From positions 4,341 to 68,340 of the forward strand of contig JAWOKS010000035.1 of the NCBI GenBank assembly GCA_033854115.1: 64,000 nucleotides of DNA. Direction: 5' to 3'. The first letter of the stretch is position 1. Each line of letters starts with the position of its first letter. A program made the translations under genes and the position numbers. The notes under the pieces were generated by a model, which saw only the letters and a program-made list of their open reading frames with translations, was not told the DNA's origin and ran no database searches. Positions 62,272-64,000 of this stretch are shown here, one piece after another. The DNA comes from Thermoplasmata archaeon (GTDB lineage: Archaea; Thermoplasmatota; Thermoplasmata; Lutacidiplasmatales; UBA184).

Positions 62272-63807
62272 ATGGCGACCGAAGCGACCCGCCGCCCGGT
62301 CGCGGTCGACGAGATCGAGTCGACGCGCGACGTGCCGATCCCGACCGACCCGCTCGAGCGGGTGATCGGCCAGGAGAAGGCCGTCGAGATCGCGAGGATC
62401 GCGGCCTACCAGCACCGGCACCTTCTGCTCGTCGGACCCCCCGGGGTCGGGAAGTCGATGACCGCGCAGGCGCTCGCGCTCCATCTCGACCGGCCCCGCT
62501 CGGAGCTCCGGGTCGTGCACAATCCGGAGAACCCCGAGCGGCCGACCGTCGAGATCGTCACGCGCGAGGAGGTCTACCGGGAGCGGGAGGCGGCCCGCTC
62601 GGTCGAGGGCGAGCTGATCGCCCCGACGGAGGCCCCCGCGTCGGTCGCCGAGCGGCTCGGCTACCGGTGCCCGCGCTGCAGCTTCTACTCGCTCCCGAGC
62701 GAGCGGTACTGCCCGAGCTGCGGGAACGTGAAGCAGGTGCTGCCCGGGGTCGGCGGGAGCGGGAACCCGTTCCGCGACCTCGTCGGCGGCATCCTCGAGC
62801 TCACGGTCACTCCCGGCGGGAACCCCCAGGAGTCCGTCCGGACGACGCGCCTCCGCAACGGGGTCGAGGAGGTCGTCGGCTACGAACGGGCCGGCGACCG
62901 CATCAAGGTCCTCGACCAGCGCGCGCTCGAGCGCCGCCGCACGATCCAGCGGGAGAGCCCGCGGAAGGTCCTCGTGAAGCTCGACCGCAACACGTTCCTC
63001 ATGGCGACCGGGGCGAGCGAGACCGAGCTGCTCGGGGACGTCCGCCACGACCCCTACGGCGGCCATCCCCAGCTCGGGAGCCTCCCCTACGAGCGCGTAA
63101 TCCCGGGGGCGATCCACGAGGCGCACGAGGGCGTCCTCTTCATCGACGAGCTCCCGCACCTCGGCTTCCTCCAGCGCCACATCCTCACCGCGATGCAGGA
63201 GAAGCGGTTCCCGATCTCGGGCCGCAACCCCCAGAGCGGGGGCGCCGCGGTCCGGGTCGACGGGGTGCCGTGCGACTTCATCCTGGTCGCCGCGGCGAAC
63301 ATCCAGGACCTCCACGGCCTCCTCTCCCCGCTCCGCTCCCGCATTGCGGGCTCCGGCTACGAGGTCCTCCTCGAGACGACGATGCCGGACAACGAGGCGA
63401 ACCGGCTCCGGCTCGCGCAGTTCTGCGCCCAAGAGATCGCCGTGGACGGGCGGATCCGGCCCGCCACGCGCGACGCGATCCTCGAGCTCATTAAGGAGGC
63501 CCGGCGCCGGGCGGAGGCGCTCGACGGCCGCCGCAACGCGCTCACGCTCCGGTTGCGCGAGCTCGGGGGGCTCATCCGCACGGCCGGCGACCTCGCCGCG
63601 GTCTCGGGGAGCGAGTTCGTGGAGGCGGACCACATCCGCCGGGCGCTCGAGCGGGCCCGCTCGATCGAGGAGCAGGTCCGCGAGGCCTACGGCTCGTTCC
63701 AGGGCGGCCTCCGCCAGGAGTCGACCGAGGCCCAGCGGCAGTCGATGGGCTACTACCACTGGACCGAGCACCCCGACCAGGGGCAGTTCCCGGGCGGCTA
63801 CGGCTGA
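62272..63807 (+). CDS. LonB-like AAA+ ATPase with a Zn-ribbon insert, lacking TM helices and the protease domain
   Basis: VIGQEKAVE, LVGPPGVGKS, GDVRHDPYGG, VLFIDEL, AMQEKRFPISG, LRSRI. CPRC...CPSC sits between Walker A and Walker B. The protein ends about 60 aa after the AAA lid. Confidence 0.8.
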   Translation: MATEATRRPVAVDEIESTRDVPIPTDPLERVIGQEKAVEIARIAAYQHRHLLLVGPPGVGKSMTAQALALHLDRPRSELRVVHNPENPERPTVEIVTREEVYREREAARSVEGELIAPTEAPASVAERLGYRCPRCSFYSLPSERYCPSCGNVKQVLPGVGGSGNPFRDLVGGILELTVTPGGNPQESVRTTRLRNGVEEVVGYERAGDRIKVLDQRALERRRTIQRESPRKVLVKLDRNTFLMATGASETELLGDVRHDPYGGHPQLGSLPYERVIPGAIHEAHEGVLFIDELPHLGFLQRHILTAMQEKRFPISGRNPQSGGAAVRVDGVPCDFILVAAANIQDLHGLLSPLRSRIAGSGYEVLLETTMPDNEANRLRLAQFCAQEIAVDGRIRPATRDAILELIKEARRRAEALDGRRNALTLRLRELGGLIRTAGDLAAVSGSEFVEADHIRRALERARSIEEQVREAYGSFQGGLRQESTEAQRQSMGYYHWTEHPDQGQFPGGYG

Positions 63808-63855
63808 GCGTGAGGCCGTCACCGCTAAGAGCGACCCGTCGGTGCGCGCGCCGTC

Positions 63856-63928
63856 GGGCGCGTGGTCTAGTGGCTATGACGTCACCCTGACATGGTGAAG
63901 GTCGCCAGTTCGAATCTGGCCGCGCCCA
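63856..63928 (+). tRNA. tRNA-Val (anticodon GAC)
   Basis: Folded by hand. Acceptor stem GGGCGCG/CGCGCCC, anticodon arm TCACC-CTGACAT-GGTGA, T-arm GCCAG-TTCGAAT-CTGGC. CCA is not encoded. Confidence 0.9.
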
Positions 63929-64000
63929 TACCCCCCGGCTAACCGAGTCCTTATCTATCGGTTCAACGCTCATCCCGGATGATGCCGGCGAGGGCAGCGA

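Noticed and set aside
1-64000. A scan for CRISPR arrays, rRNA, IS elements, integrases next to the two tRNAs, and toxin-antitoxin or restriction-modification genes.
   Set aside because: I saw no regularly spaced direct repeats and no transposase, integrase or restriction-modification signatures. Coding density and gene content look like core chromosome.

Overview
High-GC (about 70% by eye), very gene-dense archaeal chromosome segment. aEF-2, S7/S12/S8e, SRP19, RadB, family-B polymerase, PolD small subunit and archaeal DnaG mark it as archaeal. PolD plus an Arg-rich, non-acidic proteome suggest a non-halophilic euryarchaeote, possibly Thermoplasmatota-like, but the taxon is uncertain. I found no CRISPR array, rRNA, transposase or integrase. 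There are two tRNAs: Pro-GGG on the minus strand at 35031-35105 and Val-GAC on the plus strand at 63856-63928.

The ORF track prints GTG/TTG starts as M. The high GC creates many long antisense or out-of-frame ORFs rich in Arg/Pro/Gly/Ala, and I rejected these.

Main loci:
- (i) S12-S7-EF2 operon with neighbouring repair and replication genes (radB, ogt, family-4 UDG, polB).
- (ii) Acetate/acetyl-CoA locus: korAB, an AcuC-type deacetylase, a CoA-transferase::GNAT fusion, satP, AMP-forming acs, moaDE and ADP-forming acd.
- (iii) About 12 kb aerobic respiration locus. It holds a translationally coupled run tatC-tatA-like-Rieske-cyt b-coxI-ctaA-ctaB with small membrane ORFs, an AbrB/PhoU regulator, two membrane-anchored rusticyanin/sulfocyanin-like cupredoxins and a coxII that is split or frameshifted.
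- (iv) Heptose genes gmhA/hddA with a CBS-ParB fusion, then XPD, fixX, mdh, panE, pgk, cutA, PolD-DP1, dnaG and a protease-less LonB-like ATPase.

Most genes look leaderless: an isolated AT-rich box sits 24-28 nt upstream of the start codon, and I used this to refine several starts.

Nothing here is clearly a new defence or mobile system. The most check-worthy items are:
- the candidate lysine-acetylation switch around acs;
- the split coxII and the cupredoxins;
- an XPD gene whose conserved N-terminus has no canonical start and is in frame with fixX across a single TGA;
- a small protein with a ribosomal P-stalk-like tail;
- the LonB-like ATPase without a protease domain.
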